In this document: piece after piece, positions 46,180-58,933 of the stretch
Position numbering within the stretch: position 1 is the stretch's first letter
Layout of the letters: the number at the start of each line of letters is the position of its first letter
Origin: Phyllobates terribilis
Lineage: Eukaryota
Length of the DNA: 64,000 nucleotides
Direction of reading: 5' to 3'
NCBI RefSeq assembly: GCF_046119375.1
Contig: NW_027362764.1
Coordinates: 802,652,001-802,716,000, forward strand
Made by a program: the position numbers and the translations under genes
Notes under the pieces: generated by a model
The model's database searches: none
What the model was told of the DNA's origin: nothing
What the model saw: only the letters and a program-made list of their open reading frames with translations

Positions 46180-47060
46180 TTAAATGGAGGGCTATGGGGG
46201 TTGCATTATATTGTATGGAGGGCTATGGGGGGTGCATTATACTGTATGGAGGACTATGGGGAAGCATTATACTACATGGAGGACTATGGGGGGTGCATTA
46301 TACTGTATGGAGGACTATGGGGAGCGCATTATACTATATGGAGGACTATGAGGAGTGCATTATACTATATGGAGGGCTATGGGGAAGCATTATACTACAT
46401 GGAGGGCTATGGGGAGCGCATTATACTATATGGAGGGCTATGGGGAGCGCGTTATACTATATGGAGGACTATGGGGAGCGCATTATACTATATGGAGGGC
46501 TATGGGGAGCGCATTATACTATATGGAGGGCTATGGGGAGCGCGTTATACTATATGGAGGACTATGGGGAGTGCATTATACTATATGGAGGACTATGGGG
46601 AGCGCATTATACTATATGGAGGACTATGGGGAGCGCATTATACTATATGGAGGGCTATGGGGGGTGCATTATACTGTATGGAGGACTATGGGGAGCGCAT
46701 TATACTATATGGAGGACTATGGGGAGCGCATTATACTATATGGAGGGCTATGGGGGGTGCATTATACTGTATGGAGGACTATGGGGAGCGCATTATACTA
46801 CATGGAGGGCTATGGGGAGCGCATTATACTATATGGAGGGCTATGGGGAGTGCATTATACTATATGGAGGACTATGGGGAGCGCATTATACTATATGGAG
46901 GACTATGGGGAGCGCATTATACTATATGGAGGACTATGGGGAAGCATTATACTATATGGAGGACTATGGGGAGTGCATTGTATTGTACAGAGGACCATGG
47001 CAGTACATTATACTGTATGGGAGACCATGGGGTGTACATTATACTATATGCAAGGCTATA
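46180..47060 (+). repeat. 31-bp minisatellite GGGGAGCGCATTATACTATATGGAGGACTAT (~25 units; shorter at ~49670-49990)
   Basis: Direct inspection. The translation cycles through three frames every 93 bp. Confidence 0.93.
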
Positions 47061-47240
47061 TGGGGCCATTATACTGTATGCAAACAATTATACAGTGTGA
47101 CGGTCTGTCTGTGGTCTATTATTTTGTGTGGCTAGTGCGGGCCATTATACAGTGTTGGGTCATTATATTGTATGTAGGTCCATTCTACTGCATGGATGGT
47201 TGTAAGGGCTGTTGGGGGAGGGGGTACAGTAGGGTCATTA

Positions 47241-48383
47241 TGTGGCGCCCCTGAGGGTTCAGTCGCCACAGGGGTACTGCACCTCAGATAGAGGTGTGGT
47301 ATCTCCTCTTCCAGGTAAGGATGGATCATCACCCTGGACCCCACTTCACACTCAACGCTACACCACTCCTGTCCTGCAGGGGGCCTAAATGCACCAGGGT
47401 GCTGCCCCGTTCCGGGATAGAGGAGATGGGGGGGAACCAAAGATAGTGGGAACAAAGTAGTGGGTGAGGGTGGAGGAAACACTTACAGGAAGCACTTATA
47501 GAATCATATATAATATATGGCCATCTTAGTTCAAGGTCTTTTGATTGTGGTCTTCTGTCAGGGTCCAGCAAGGGTTTGTAGCTGGCTGAAGATTCACGGT
47601 CCTCGTTCTCAGGCCTTGAGACGAGGAGCGGGTCAGAGTTAACCACTGTCTCTGCCCGGTCAGGGTCCTGTTCTAAGAAGGCCTGGAGGGGAGCGGAGGA
47701 GATAGGCTCCACAGGCAAAAGGATCCCAGGGGGATACGGACGGAGCGGAGTCGCCACCTGTATTCTTCACTCTGGCCTAGCCAGAGGGATTCCTGCTACA
47801 AGAGGGGTGACCGGCCCCCGATATCTGACTGTGTACTTCACGTCACTGTTGGAAAAGCCCGGCGGCTTAGTGGATCCCAGGGAGGGACACAAGCGGGAGG
47901 AGAAGGAGAGGAACACACCAACGGGGTCTTTACACGTGCTCCTGATCTACCTGGGAAGTGCTAAACCCCCTTCCTGGTGGCCGCAGCGCGCCACGAGAAG
48001 CAGAGAGAAGCTTTGCAGCTGCTACTTCACTAAAGTGAGTAAAACCTGGATGACTTCATTTACCGTCTCCGCTTGGTTATTCCCGCGCGGCACTGCACCC
48101 ACCATCCCTCCACACAGTTCATCTAACACTGCCCTGAGGCCTACTCTGCCTGTGGGGAGTAGTACCAACCGAGCCAGAACATCAGACTCAGAGGACGGTG
48201 GCAGCGCTGGTGGCCTTCACCAGAAACCACAGGTGGCGTAGTCGATCAACCACTCATCCAAAAAGCCCATTTTTCATGTGGCAGCCCTGGGCACTGACCG
48301 GGTCACGGCCACGACGACATCCCACACCGCCACCCTACATTGGCCCGGCACCGAGTACCCCACCGCTCAGGGAGGGCATCACA
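47241..48383 (+). mobile_element. Gypsy solo LTR, family B (1143 bp)
   Basis: TGTGGCGCCC...GGGCATCACA with 4-bp TSD ATTA. Confidence 0.88.
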
Positions 48384-49047
48384 ATTATACTGTGCATGTG
48401 TAGGAATTCACCATGGGGGCATCATACAGTGTTTGGTGTATCTTACTTTATGGAGGCAATAAAAGAGGAATCTAGGACTTCAGCAGGAGGAAAATGTCTA
48501 TGTAAAGGCTGGAAAGTTGTGAGACTTTCCAGCCTTTATGCAATTATTGGGGGGACCCAATTAGAACTTCTGCTATGAGGCCCCATGATTACTATGTATG
48601 CCCCTGAGTGGAGGGTGTATGAACAGATGATATGAGGAGCCTAATTTGGAAGAAAGTTTTTGTGTGGGCAAAACAGGGATAGTTTGATAAGTGAGGTGAG
48701 GCGATAGGTTGGTCTAAAGAAATGCATTTTTAGGCCACGCTTAAAACTGTGGGTATTGAGGATTAATTGAATTGTCCTAGGTAGTGCATTCCAAAGAAGT
48801 GGTGAAGCATGAGAGAAAACTTGTAGACGGGAATGGGAGGTTCGGATTATTGAGGATGTTAGTCTTAGGTCATTGGCAGAACGGAGGGCGCGGGTAGGGT
48901 GGTAGAATGAGACGAGGGAGGAGATGTAGAGTGGTGCTGAAGCATGGACGCTTTGTGGGTGAGAGTGATATGTTTATATTGAACTCTGTATTGGATGGGT
49001 AACCAGTGCAATGACTGGCACAGGGAAGATGCATCGGTGTAGCGGTT

Positions 49048-51976
49048 GGATGGGGGGGTGAGAGATGCACGGGGGGGTGAGATGCACATGGGGGGTGAGA
49101 GATGCACGGGGGTGTGAGATGCACATGGGGGGTGAGAGATGCACGGGGGGGATGAGATGCACGGGGGATGAGAGCTGCACATGGGGGGGATGAGAGCTGC
49201 ACATGGGGGGATGAGAGATGCACATGGGCGGATGAGAGATGCACATGGGGGGGGATGAGAGATGCACATGGGGGGATGAGAGATGCACATGCATTTTTTG
49301 CCCTATGAAGTGTGGGGGCAAAAATTTCTTGCACAGGGGCCCACTACAGTCTGTGTCCGCCCCTGGGTGTGAGCGAGTGTGGTGCGATGTCAATGACTGA
49401 GTGGGCCATGTGGTCTCACTCCTGGTGCCTTCCTGTATCCGTGTGGAAAGGGGGTGTCTGTATAGAATTGTACCAATCTGATCTTACGCATCCTCGAGGG
49501 GGTGCGGAACGTCACGTTGGTGCAAACGGCAGATTCATATCACATGTTCCATCTTACGTAACTGCGACGTCGGGTGGGTGGCGAGGTGTGGATCCTTCAC
49601 AAGTGGTGGCAGCGGTGGGATTCTGCGGGATTTCTCTGCTGCCATTCTTCACAGGGTGCATTATATTAAATGGAGGGTTATGGGGGTTGCATTATATTGT
49701 ATGGAGGGCTATGGGGGGTGCATTATACTCTATGGAGGACTATGGGGAAGCATTATATTGTACGGAGAACCATGGGGGTGCATTATAGTGTATGGAGGAC
49801 TATGGGGAAGCATTATACTACATGGAGGACTATGGGGAGCGCATTATACTATATGGAGGACTATGGGGAAGCATTATACTACATGGAGGACTATGGGGAG
49901 TGCATTGTATTGTACAGAGGACCATGGCAGTACATTATACTGTATGGGAGACCATGGGGTGTACATTATACTATATGCAAGGCTATATGGGGCCATTATA
50001 CTGTATGCAAACAATTATACAGTGTGACGATCTGTCTGTGGTCTATTATTTTGTGTGGCTAGTGCGGGCCATTATACAGTGTTGGGTCATTATATTGTAT
50101 GTAGGTCCATTCTACTGCATGGATGGTTGTAAGGGCTGTTGGGGAGGGGGTACAGTAGGGTCATTATGTGGCGCCCCTGAGGGTTCAGTCGCCACAGGGG
50201 TACTGCACCTCAGATAGAGGTGTGGTATCTCCTCTTCCAGGTAAGGATGGATCATCACCCTGGACCCCACTTCACACTCAACACTACACCACTCCTGTCC
50301 TGCAGGGGGCCTAAATGCACCAGGGTGCTGCCCCGTTCCGGGATAGAGGAGATGGGGGGGAACCAAAGATAGTGGGAACAAAGTAGTGGGTGAGGGTGGA
50401 GGAAACACTTACAGGAAGCACTTATAGAATCATATATAATATATGGCCATCTTAGTTCAAGGTCTTTTGATTGTGGTCTTCTGTCAGGGTCCAGCAAGGG
50501 TTTGTAGCTGGCTGAAGATTCACGGTCCTCGTTCTCAGGCCTTGAGACGAGGAGCGGGTCAGAGTTAACCACTGTCTCTGCCCGGTCAGGGTCCTGTTCT
50601 AAGAAGGCCTGGAGGGGAGCGGAGGAGATAGGCTCCACAGGCCAAAGGATCCCAGGGGGATACGGACGGAGCGGAGTCGCCACCTGTATTCTTCACTCTG
50701 GCCTAGCCAGAGGGATTCCTGCTACAAAATGGGTGACCGGCCCCCGATATCTGACTGTGTACTTCACGTCACTGCTGGAAAAGCCCGGCGGCTTAGTGGA
50801 TCCCAGGGAGGGACACAAGCGGGAGGAGAAGGAGAGGAACACACCAACGGGGTCTTTACACGTGCTCCTGATCTACCTGGGAAGTGCTGAACCCCCTTCC
50901 TGGTGGCCGCAGCGCGCCACGAGAAGCAGAGAGAAGCTTTGCAGCTGCTACTTCACTAAAGTGAGTAAAACCTGGATGACTTCATTTACCGTCTCCGCTT
51001 GGTTATTCCCGCGCGGCACTGCACCCACCATCCCTCCACACAGTTCATCTAACACTGCCCTGAGGCCTACTCTGCCTGTGGGGAGTAGTACCAACCGAGC
51101 CAGAACATCAGACTCAGAGGACGGTGGCAGCGCTGGTGGCCTTCACCAGAAACCACAGGTGGCGTAGTCGATCAACCACTCATCCAAAAAGCCCATTTTT
51201 CATGTGACAGCCCTGGGCACTGACCGGGTCAAGGCCACGACGACATCCCACACCGCCACCCTACATTGGCCCGGCACCGAGTACCCCACCGCTCAGGGAG
51301 GGCATCACAATTATACTGTGCATGTGTAGGAATTCACCATGGGGGCATCATACAGTGTTTGGTGTATCTTACTTTATGGAGGCAATAAAAGAGGAATCTA
51401 GGACTTCAGCAGGAGGAAAATGTCTATGTAAAGGCTGGAAAGTTGTGAGACTTTCCAGCCTTTATGCAATTATTGGGGGGACCCAATTAGAACTTCTGCT
51501 ATGAGGCCCCATGATTACTATGTATGCCCCTGAGTGGAGGGTGTATGAACAGATGATATGAGGAGCCTAATTTGGAAGAAAGTTTTTGTGTGGGCAAAAC
51601 AGGGATAGTTTGATAAGTGAGGTGAGGCGATAGGTTGGTCTAAAGAAATGCATTTTTAGGCCAGGCTTAAAACTGTGGGTATTGAGGATTAATTGAATTG
51701 TCCTAGGTAGTGCATTCCAAAGAAGTGGTGAAGCATGAGAGAAAACTTGGAGATGGGAATGGGAGGTTCGGATTATTGAGGATGTTAGTCTTAGGTCATT
51801 GGCAGAACGGAGGGCGCGGGTAGGGTGGTAGAATGAGACGAGGGAGGAGATGTAGAGTGGTGCTGAAGCATGGACTCTTTGTGGGTGAGAGTGATATGTT
51901 TATATTGAACTCTGTATTGGATGGGTAACCAGTGCAATGACTGGCACAGGGAAGAGGCATCGGTGTAGCGGTTGGA
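49048..51976 (+). repeat. Local tandem duplication, copy 2 (shorter minisatellites)
   Basis: Same order of MITE end, 31-bp array, solo LTR and L2 fragment. Confidence 0.9.
50167..51309 (+). mobile_element. Duplicate of solo LTR B
   Basis: Same termini, TSD and flanks. Confidence 0.88.
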
Positions 51977-52242
51977 AAAGAATATGATCCTGGCTGCTGC
52001 ATTCAGGACGGATTGTAGAGGGGAGAGTTTAGTAAGAGGGAGACCGATTAGTAGAGAGTTGCGACTGTCCAGACGAGAATGAATAAGAGCGTCAGTAAGA
52101 GTTTTGCTGAGTCAAAAGTAAGAAAAGGTCGGATTCTGGAGATATTTTTGAGGTATAAGTGACATGAGCGATCGGATGTGAGGAGTGAAGGAAAGATCTG
52201 AATCAAAGTTGACCCCAAGGCAGCGGGCATGCTACTGGGGAG
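51535..52242 (-). mobile_element. L2 LINE fragment (partial copy also at ~48607-49047)
   Basis: Minus translation ..YLKNISRIRPFLTFDSAKLL.., ..SLHWLPIQYRVQYK... Interrupted at 52243 by a hAT end. Confidence 0.8.
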
Positions 52243-54324
52243 TAGTGATGGGCGAGCACTAAAATGTTCGGGTACTCGTTGCTTGGGTCGAGCACATTGG
52301 AATACTCGGGTGCTCGACCCGAGTAACAAGCCCAATGTTAGTCTAAACTCGAGCATTTTTCCGGCGGCTCCTCCCGGCGGTCTGCAGGGGGCCTAAAAAT
52401 TGCCCAAATCGATGGGAACAGTGCTCAAATGACATGGGAACAGCATGGGGAAGACCCCTGGAAGCATCTCTGACTCCCAGATCACTGCTGTTAACAACGT
52501 GGTCAGAGGTATTACGCCACTTTTACGGACTCACAATAAAACATACAAAAGCGAAACCAAAATGGATTTTCGTGGGAAATATGTTAAGGAACATCCTTTC
52601 CAGGGTAATGACTTGTATATAAGGCAAAATAAATAACCAAAAATACTCCTCCACAACTTGGGCTATGTTCACACGTAGCATTTTTGATGCGTTTTTGCAC
52701 TTTTGCATTGCCTTCAACCAAGACAAATGCATTCAACAGGAAATGTCATTTTAAGATTTTACAACCTTATCTGGCCATGTGGTGTGTGACACATGCATAC
52801 AGTGCTGAAAAGACATGGGAACAGCATGGGGAAGACCTCTGGAAGCATTTCTGACTCCCAGGTCACTGCCTAAAAGTGTGCCCATCATACGTGATCCTTG
52901 GCGCATGCGAAGATGCCTCCCGCCATGCACCTGTCATTGCAGACTTGCAACAATCACCGTCCACGTCCTTGTCCCAGTGGAGCGTTCAGTTGTCCCTACC
53001 CCATTCCTTGGAATGCAAGCGCAAGTATGCCGCCAGCCACCTACCCACAGGCTGCAATACTATACTGCCAAATTTTTGACAGCTGTTTGCACTTGAAATG
53101 TGGCCTTTTAGGCTCGTGGAGGTGGAAGCTTTTCACAACCTCATGCCGACGGCGTTCCAGGTATCCATACTCGGTCACCAGCCGCCACTATTTATCCTGG
53201 TATCGTCTCCGTGTTCCACAAGCACGGGTCCCACAACATTACCCGTGCCCTCCCCAGTGCTCTTACTGGGAAGGACCGCCTAACCACAAACACGTGGACA
53301 GGTGTATGTGGCCCAGGACGGTACAGAGCCAGTCCACAGCTTTTTTTGCTGAGACTTGTATTTCACTTCAGCCATATTCTTTAGCTCGGTGAAAGGACTG
53401 GCATAGAGGGAAACCGTATCTACTCTGGGTGTCATTTCTCCCAGGAAGTCCTCTAATGCAGCTTGTTGCAGAAGCAATGGCAGCCCGTCCAACATCAGCT
53501 TGCACTTGTCGGTGGTGCTTCGACACACAAACATCTTTCTTTGCGCCTTTAATTTCATGACTACAGTGTTGGGCAATGGACTGATCTGTAATGCAGTTTG
53601 AGAAATAACATGCATAAGCATGTCCAATCCAAATTAAAAAAGCAGCCATAAAGTGTCCGGAAACCTTCCCACATACTTTTCTTAGCCAGGGCTGCTTCTC
53701 GGTAGGGTTGGACGGACCCACTATAGAACCGGAGACTCCTCCGGTGGGCCCTGGCTTCTCCTTCAGGAGAGTTCATAGTGCCGAGGTGAGGCCATGATGA
53801 TGATAGAGGCCACCATCTGCTTAGTTTTCTGTTACTTGGAATGCAAGCGCAAGTATGCAGCCAGCCACCCACCCACCCACCCACAGGCTGCAACACTAAA
53901 CTGCCAGATTTCTGGGCAGCTGCTTGCACTTGAAATGTGGCCTTTAAGGCTTGTAGAGGCGGAAGCTGTCCACAACCTCATGGCGGCGGCCGGGGGTCCA
54001 TACTCGGTCCCCAGCCGTCAATATTTCTCTCGATGTTGTCTCCGCCTTCTACAAGCACGGGTCCCTGAACATTACCGCTGGTACTTTTCTGTGGGAATCT
54101 GCTTGCCTTCTGCCAGCCTGGAATATTTCCAGTAAACTATGGTTCAACGCCATGGTGTTAGCACTGCCCCCAGTACCAGTAGCGAAGCCATCCCCAATTT
54201 CCGTCTCAGGAATTTCATTTGGTAGACTCATTGGCTGCCCTAATACATTAGTTTCTCACAAAGGAGCTGAAGATAGAGTGGCAGTAGGTGCAAGTTTCTC
54301 CAGCCTGTTAGATATCAGAGGGTG

Positions 54325-54452
54325 AACGGCAGCACATTGGATCAGTGGTTAGCACTGAAGCCTTGCCGCGCTGGGATCCTGGGTTCAAATCCCAGGAAGG
54401 ACAACACCTGCAAGGATTTTGTATGTTCTCCCCGTTTTTGCTTGGGTTTCCA
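54325..54452 (+). mobile_element. tRNA-derived SINE 5' fragment (V-SINE-like)
   Basis: A-box-like TGGATCAGTGG and B-box GGTTCAAATCC, then TTTGTATGTTCTCCCCG..GGGTTTCC. Confidence 0.7.
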
Positions 54453-56146
54453 CCTCAGTAAAAAAGCAGCCATAGAGTGTCCGGGAACCTTTTCACACAC
54501 TTTTCTTAGCCAGGACTGCTTCTCGGCGGGGTTGAACGGTCCCACCAGAGAATCCTCTGGTGTGCCTTGGCTTCTACCTCAGGAGAGTTCATGATAGTGC
54601 TAACTTTGCAGCTGCTATGGGGCTCTTGAGCAGGAGAGAAAGGTTAGCCCTCAGAATCAAATCCTCTGGTGGGCACAATGTTTTTCAATCTGAAACAGCT
54701 TCTCAGTGGGAGTTGTATTTCACCACAGCCATATTCTTTAGCTCGGTGAAAGGACTGGCATAGAGGGAAACTGTATCTACCCCGGCTGTCATTTCTCCGT
54801 CACCAAGTTAAGCCCATTGTCAGAAATGACCATGCCTGGCTGTATGTTCAGCGGTGAGAGCCACAGATCAGGCTGCTGTGTTACAGCTTTCAACAACTCT
54901 GCAGCGCTGGGCGGTTTGTCACCTAAGCATTAAGCATGTTATCTTCAGCACAGCCTGTTGCTGCTTGGCCAAGGCAGTGCTGCAGTGCTGTCAGCTTGTG
55001 ACTGATGTGGTCATTTCGGAAATGGAGGAGGAGGTGCATGAGCTGAACAATGTGATTACATTGAGGTTACATTGGTGACTCTGTTTTTTATACTAAAGAA
55101 AGATACTACTTTTTTTTACGTTATTTTTTAAGACAAATGCATTCACCGGGAAATGTCATTTTAACATTTTACAACCTTATCTGGCAATGTGGTGTGTGAC
55201 ACATCATCAGACACTTCCTGTTTCATTTAAGATGGAGGGACTCTGAAAGTCATAAAGCCTATTTTTATAGGGCCATCAGGCGGCCCTTACTATTCTTAAA
55301 AGGCCAGCAGTCGGCCCTCGCTATTGTTAGAGAGCCATCAGCCGGCTATGCTTTGTTGTTCCCATTATTAATGAGTTGGTCTTCTATACTGTTATTGCAT
55401 ATGCAGTGACTGCAAGGGCTGCCAAAAATTCGGACGCAACCCAATACTCCTTTGAAGAGACATAGAGGAGGGTTTCAGTAAAAAAAATGTTCTCATTATA
55501 AAGCAACGGGTCTCCAATAGTGGTAATGCCCATGCTGTGACTGCAAGGGCTGCCAAAATTTGGGAAAAACTCCACTAAGAATTTAAAGACACAGAGCAGG
55601 GCCATAGTAACGACAAATTCCCATTAGAAAGGAGAGAGTCTGCTATACAGTTATAGGGTATGCAGTGAGTGCAACGGCTGACCAAATTTAGGAAAAACCC
55701 CACTAACAATTTAAAGGGTCTCCCATACTGTTGGCCTATGCAGTGAATGCAATGGCTGCCAAAAATTGGGAGGCACTCTAATGCCCCTTGGAAGAGAAGT
55801 AGAGGGCCTCATATAAAAATGTTCCCATTAGAAAGGAGCGGGCCTCCTATACTTGTAATACCCATGCACTAAGTGTATGGGCTGACAAACATTTACCCCT
55901 GGGGGGTATACATGAACATACTGTATAAATTTTTTTTTTATGGGCATCATAAACACCCTTTAAAAAAATTATTTGGGTGTTGCATCACGGACCACGGTCA
56001 CCCTGGTGATATGGTGGTGGAGTATGAGGAGAAGGAGGAGGACAAGAGAAAATAGCCAAAATCAGGAAGTGTATGTATACCCATGAGTGGGTGTAAAAAG
56101 GTGCATGGGAGAATACACCTCTAAAGAAAAGAAACTGGATTTGAGT

Positions 56147-58080
56147 TTATGTTACGCTGCTATCATTCGGTGGTGTTGAGAAGTCTGGCCCAATCCAGCC
56201 CTTGTTCATTTTTATAGGAGTCAGCCTGTCAGCATTTTCAGTTGACAGGCGGATGCGCTTATCAGTTATAATTCCACCAGCGGCACTAAAAACCCGCTCT
56301 GATAAAGCGCTGGCGGCAGGGCAGGCCAGGACCTCCAAGGCGTAGAGAGTCAGTTCATTCCACGTATCCAGCTTGGATACCCAATAATTATAAGGCACAG
56401 AGGAGTCACGGAGGACGTTGGTACGGTCGGCAAGGTACTCCCTCAGCATCTTCCCAAACTTTCCACTCCTTGTGAGAGTACCCCGCGCCTCAGGGTCTCT
56501 GCAATGGGAGGGTCTGAGAAAACTCTCCCAGAACTTTCACAGTGTTCCCCTGCCTCTGCTGGATTGAAGTTGTGTCTCTCTCGCCTGTACTCCTTGGTTG
56601 TCCAACGAAGTGTGACCTCTGCCACCAGCGTTTTCAGATGGAAATTTGTTTAATCGTTCCGCAACAAGGGCCTTCTGGTACAGCCACAGTTTTGTAGACC
56701 TGTCCGCCTCAGGAATAACAGATATAAAGTTCTCCTTGGGTCTAGAAGTGTCACCAACCAGTAATCACTGTCACCCAAAATTTTGAAAATGCGAGGGTCA
56801 TGGGAAAGGCAGCGTAACATAAACTCAGCCATGCGTGCCAGAATGCTAACAGGCAAGACTTCCATGTCTTCACCAAGAGGACGAGTGACCATGCTCTCCT
56901 CCTCTTCCTCCTCTCTGTCCTCAGGCCATCCACGGTGAACAGACGGTATGACAGTTGTGCAGGTAGTAACGTCTATAGTGCATGAAACTAGCTCCTGTTC
57001 TTCCTCCTCCTCCTGCTCTTCCTCATTGTCACCCAATCCAGGTTGGGATGGGATGAGGCTGGGCTGTATGTGATCACTCTGTATGGTTCCTTGCTCCATC
57101 TCATTGTGCTCCGCCTGCAATGCATCCTCTTTGATTGTGATCAGAGAGCTTTTCAGAAGACAGAGAAGCAGGATGGTGACGCTAATTATGGCGTCATCAC
57201 CGCTCACCATCTTGGTGGAGTTCTCAAAGTTTTGGAGGATGGTACATATGTCTGACATCCATGTCCACTCCTGAGGTCTTATGTGTGGAGTCTGAACTGA
57301 ATACAAACGGCCTTGCTGATGCTGGTACTCAACAACTGCCCTCTTCTGCTCACAAATCCTTCCCAACATCTGCAGTGTAGAGTTCCAACGCGTTGGGACA
57401 TCACACACCAGTCTGTTAGCCGGAAGCTGCAAACGCTGGTGAAACACGACAAGGGCGGCGGAAGCTGTAGGTGACTTTCTAAAATGGGCACACAGGCGGC
57501 GTACTTTAACAAGCAGATCCGGCAGCTCAGGGAAGGATTTGAGAAACCGCTGAACCACGAGGTTAAGCACATGGGCCAGGCATAGTACGTGTGTGAGCTC
57601 GCCTCGCCTCAGAGCCGCCACCAGGTTCCGGCCATTGTCACACACGACCATGCCTGGCTGTAGGTTCAGCAGTGTGAGGCACAGATCTGCCTGCTCTTTC
57701 ACAGCTGTCCACAACTCTTCAGCATTGTGCGGTTTGTCACCTAAGCATATTAGCTTCAGCACAGCCTGCTGCCGCTTGGCCGAGGCAGTGCTGCAGTGCT
57801 TCCAGCTTGTGATTGATGTGGTCATTTCAGAGATGGAGGCTGAAGAGGAGTAGGAGGCTAAGGAGGATGAGATGCAAGAGCTGTAGACTGTGGGGGAAAC
57901 CCTGATTGACCTAGGGCCCGCAATCCTTGGTGTCGGGAGGACGTGTTCCGTTCCAAGGTTCCACTGGGACCCGGCTTCCAGTATGTTAACCCAGTGTGCC
58001 ATCAGCGAGATGTACCGTCCCTGCCCACAAGCACTTGTCCACGTGTCCGTGGTTAGGTGGACTTTCCCGGTAACTGCTTT
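56147..58080 (-). pseudogene. hAT transposase C-terminal two-thirds, frameshifted
   Basis: 450-aa ORF with VVCDNGRNL, CLAHVLNL, PTRWNST and 100-aa ORF with ALSERVFSAAG. BED region absent. Confidence 0.9.
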
Positions 58081-58933
58081 GGTGAGGGCACTGCAGGGAC
58101 GGACTGGGACTGAAATTCAGCTCTGGCATTTGAACTCACACAGGCCCATGCTGTCCCCATCCCCAAGCACCAGATGGGGATAAATATCTAATATTACCCT
58201 GCCTGGAGGAAATCAAAATTTACTACAAGACCAATATTTCTAATAATGCCAGTTTTACCGCTATATAAGATTAAACAATTATAATATCAAAATAATAACA
58301 TTGCAATATTACAGGTAAATAACAACAAACCAGAACCAGATATTGTCAGCATATACAGTATTGATAATACCACTATACTGATTGCTAAAGGGGTTGAGGT
58401 TAAAGTTGGGCATTGGGAGCGGCATGTGACCACAAGTATGCGATTTTCACACCTCCAGCCACATTCCGTCTAATTGTACTCGGCTTTGCTAATTTCACTT
58501 ATATTAAGTGATGCGTGCACGTCTGACAGTCATATCGCATACTTGCAGTGACATGATTAGGAGCGTCACTACAGCAGGTGCGAGGGTTGCATTCGCTCAA
58601 GGAGCCTAGGGGGCCCCAAAAGTCCCTTTGGCTTATATGAAAACACCAATGCTATTAATACTTGCAGTAATTGGTGGCCCCATTAGAGCTTTTGCTTTGG
58701 GGCCCATTGCTGTTCAAATTACGCCACTGCACATGATCACCAACTCCCAGCGCCTGCACCAGAGAATCCCCTCAGCAAGCAAGCTCTGTGAAGATTCAGA
58801 GGTCTGCAATCACATAGATTCACTTATCTTCAAACTTAGACAACTACTTTTACCAAAAACACAGTACTAAGACTAATATTACTACCATATAATGTTAATA
58901 TCAGTTTTACACCAGTGCTCTGCAGACCATATA

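Larger units (their letters stand above)
45237..49047 (+). repeat. Local tandem duplication, copy 1 (copy 2 is 49048-51976)
   Basis: Matching ORFs, e.g. 47329/50255 and 47807/50733 (offset 2926). The junction GCGGTTGGA|TGGGGGGGTGAGAG at 49047 joins L2 sequence to the MITE minisatellite. Confidence 0.9.
52243..58094 (-). mobile_element. 5'-truncated hAT element (3' terminus at 52243)
   Basis: Terminus TAGTGATGGGCGAG with subterminal CTCGG/CCGAG repeats. Transposase remnant at 56147-58080. The other end is not found. Confidence 0.75.

Noticed and set aside
45115-47254. Long ORFs up to 424 aa (repeated at 48.8-50.2 kb)
   Set aside because: Translations of ~22-bp and 31-bp minisatellites, open in several frames at once.
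54325-54400. tRNA gene
   Set aside because: Has A and B boxes but no cloverleaf or acceptor stem, and continues into SINE body sequence.
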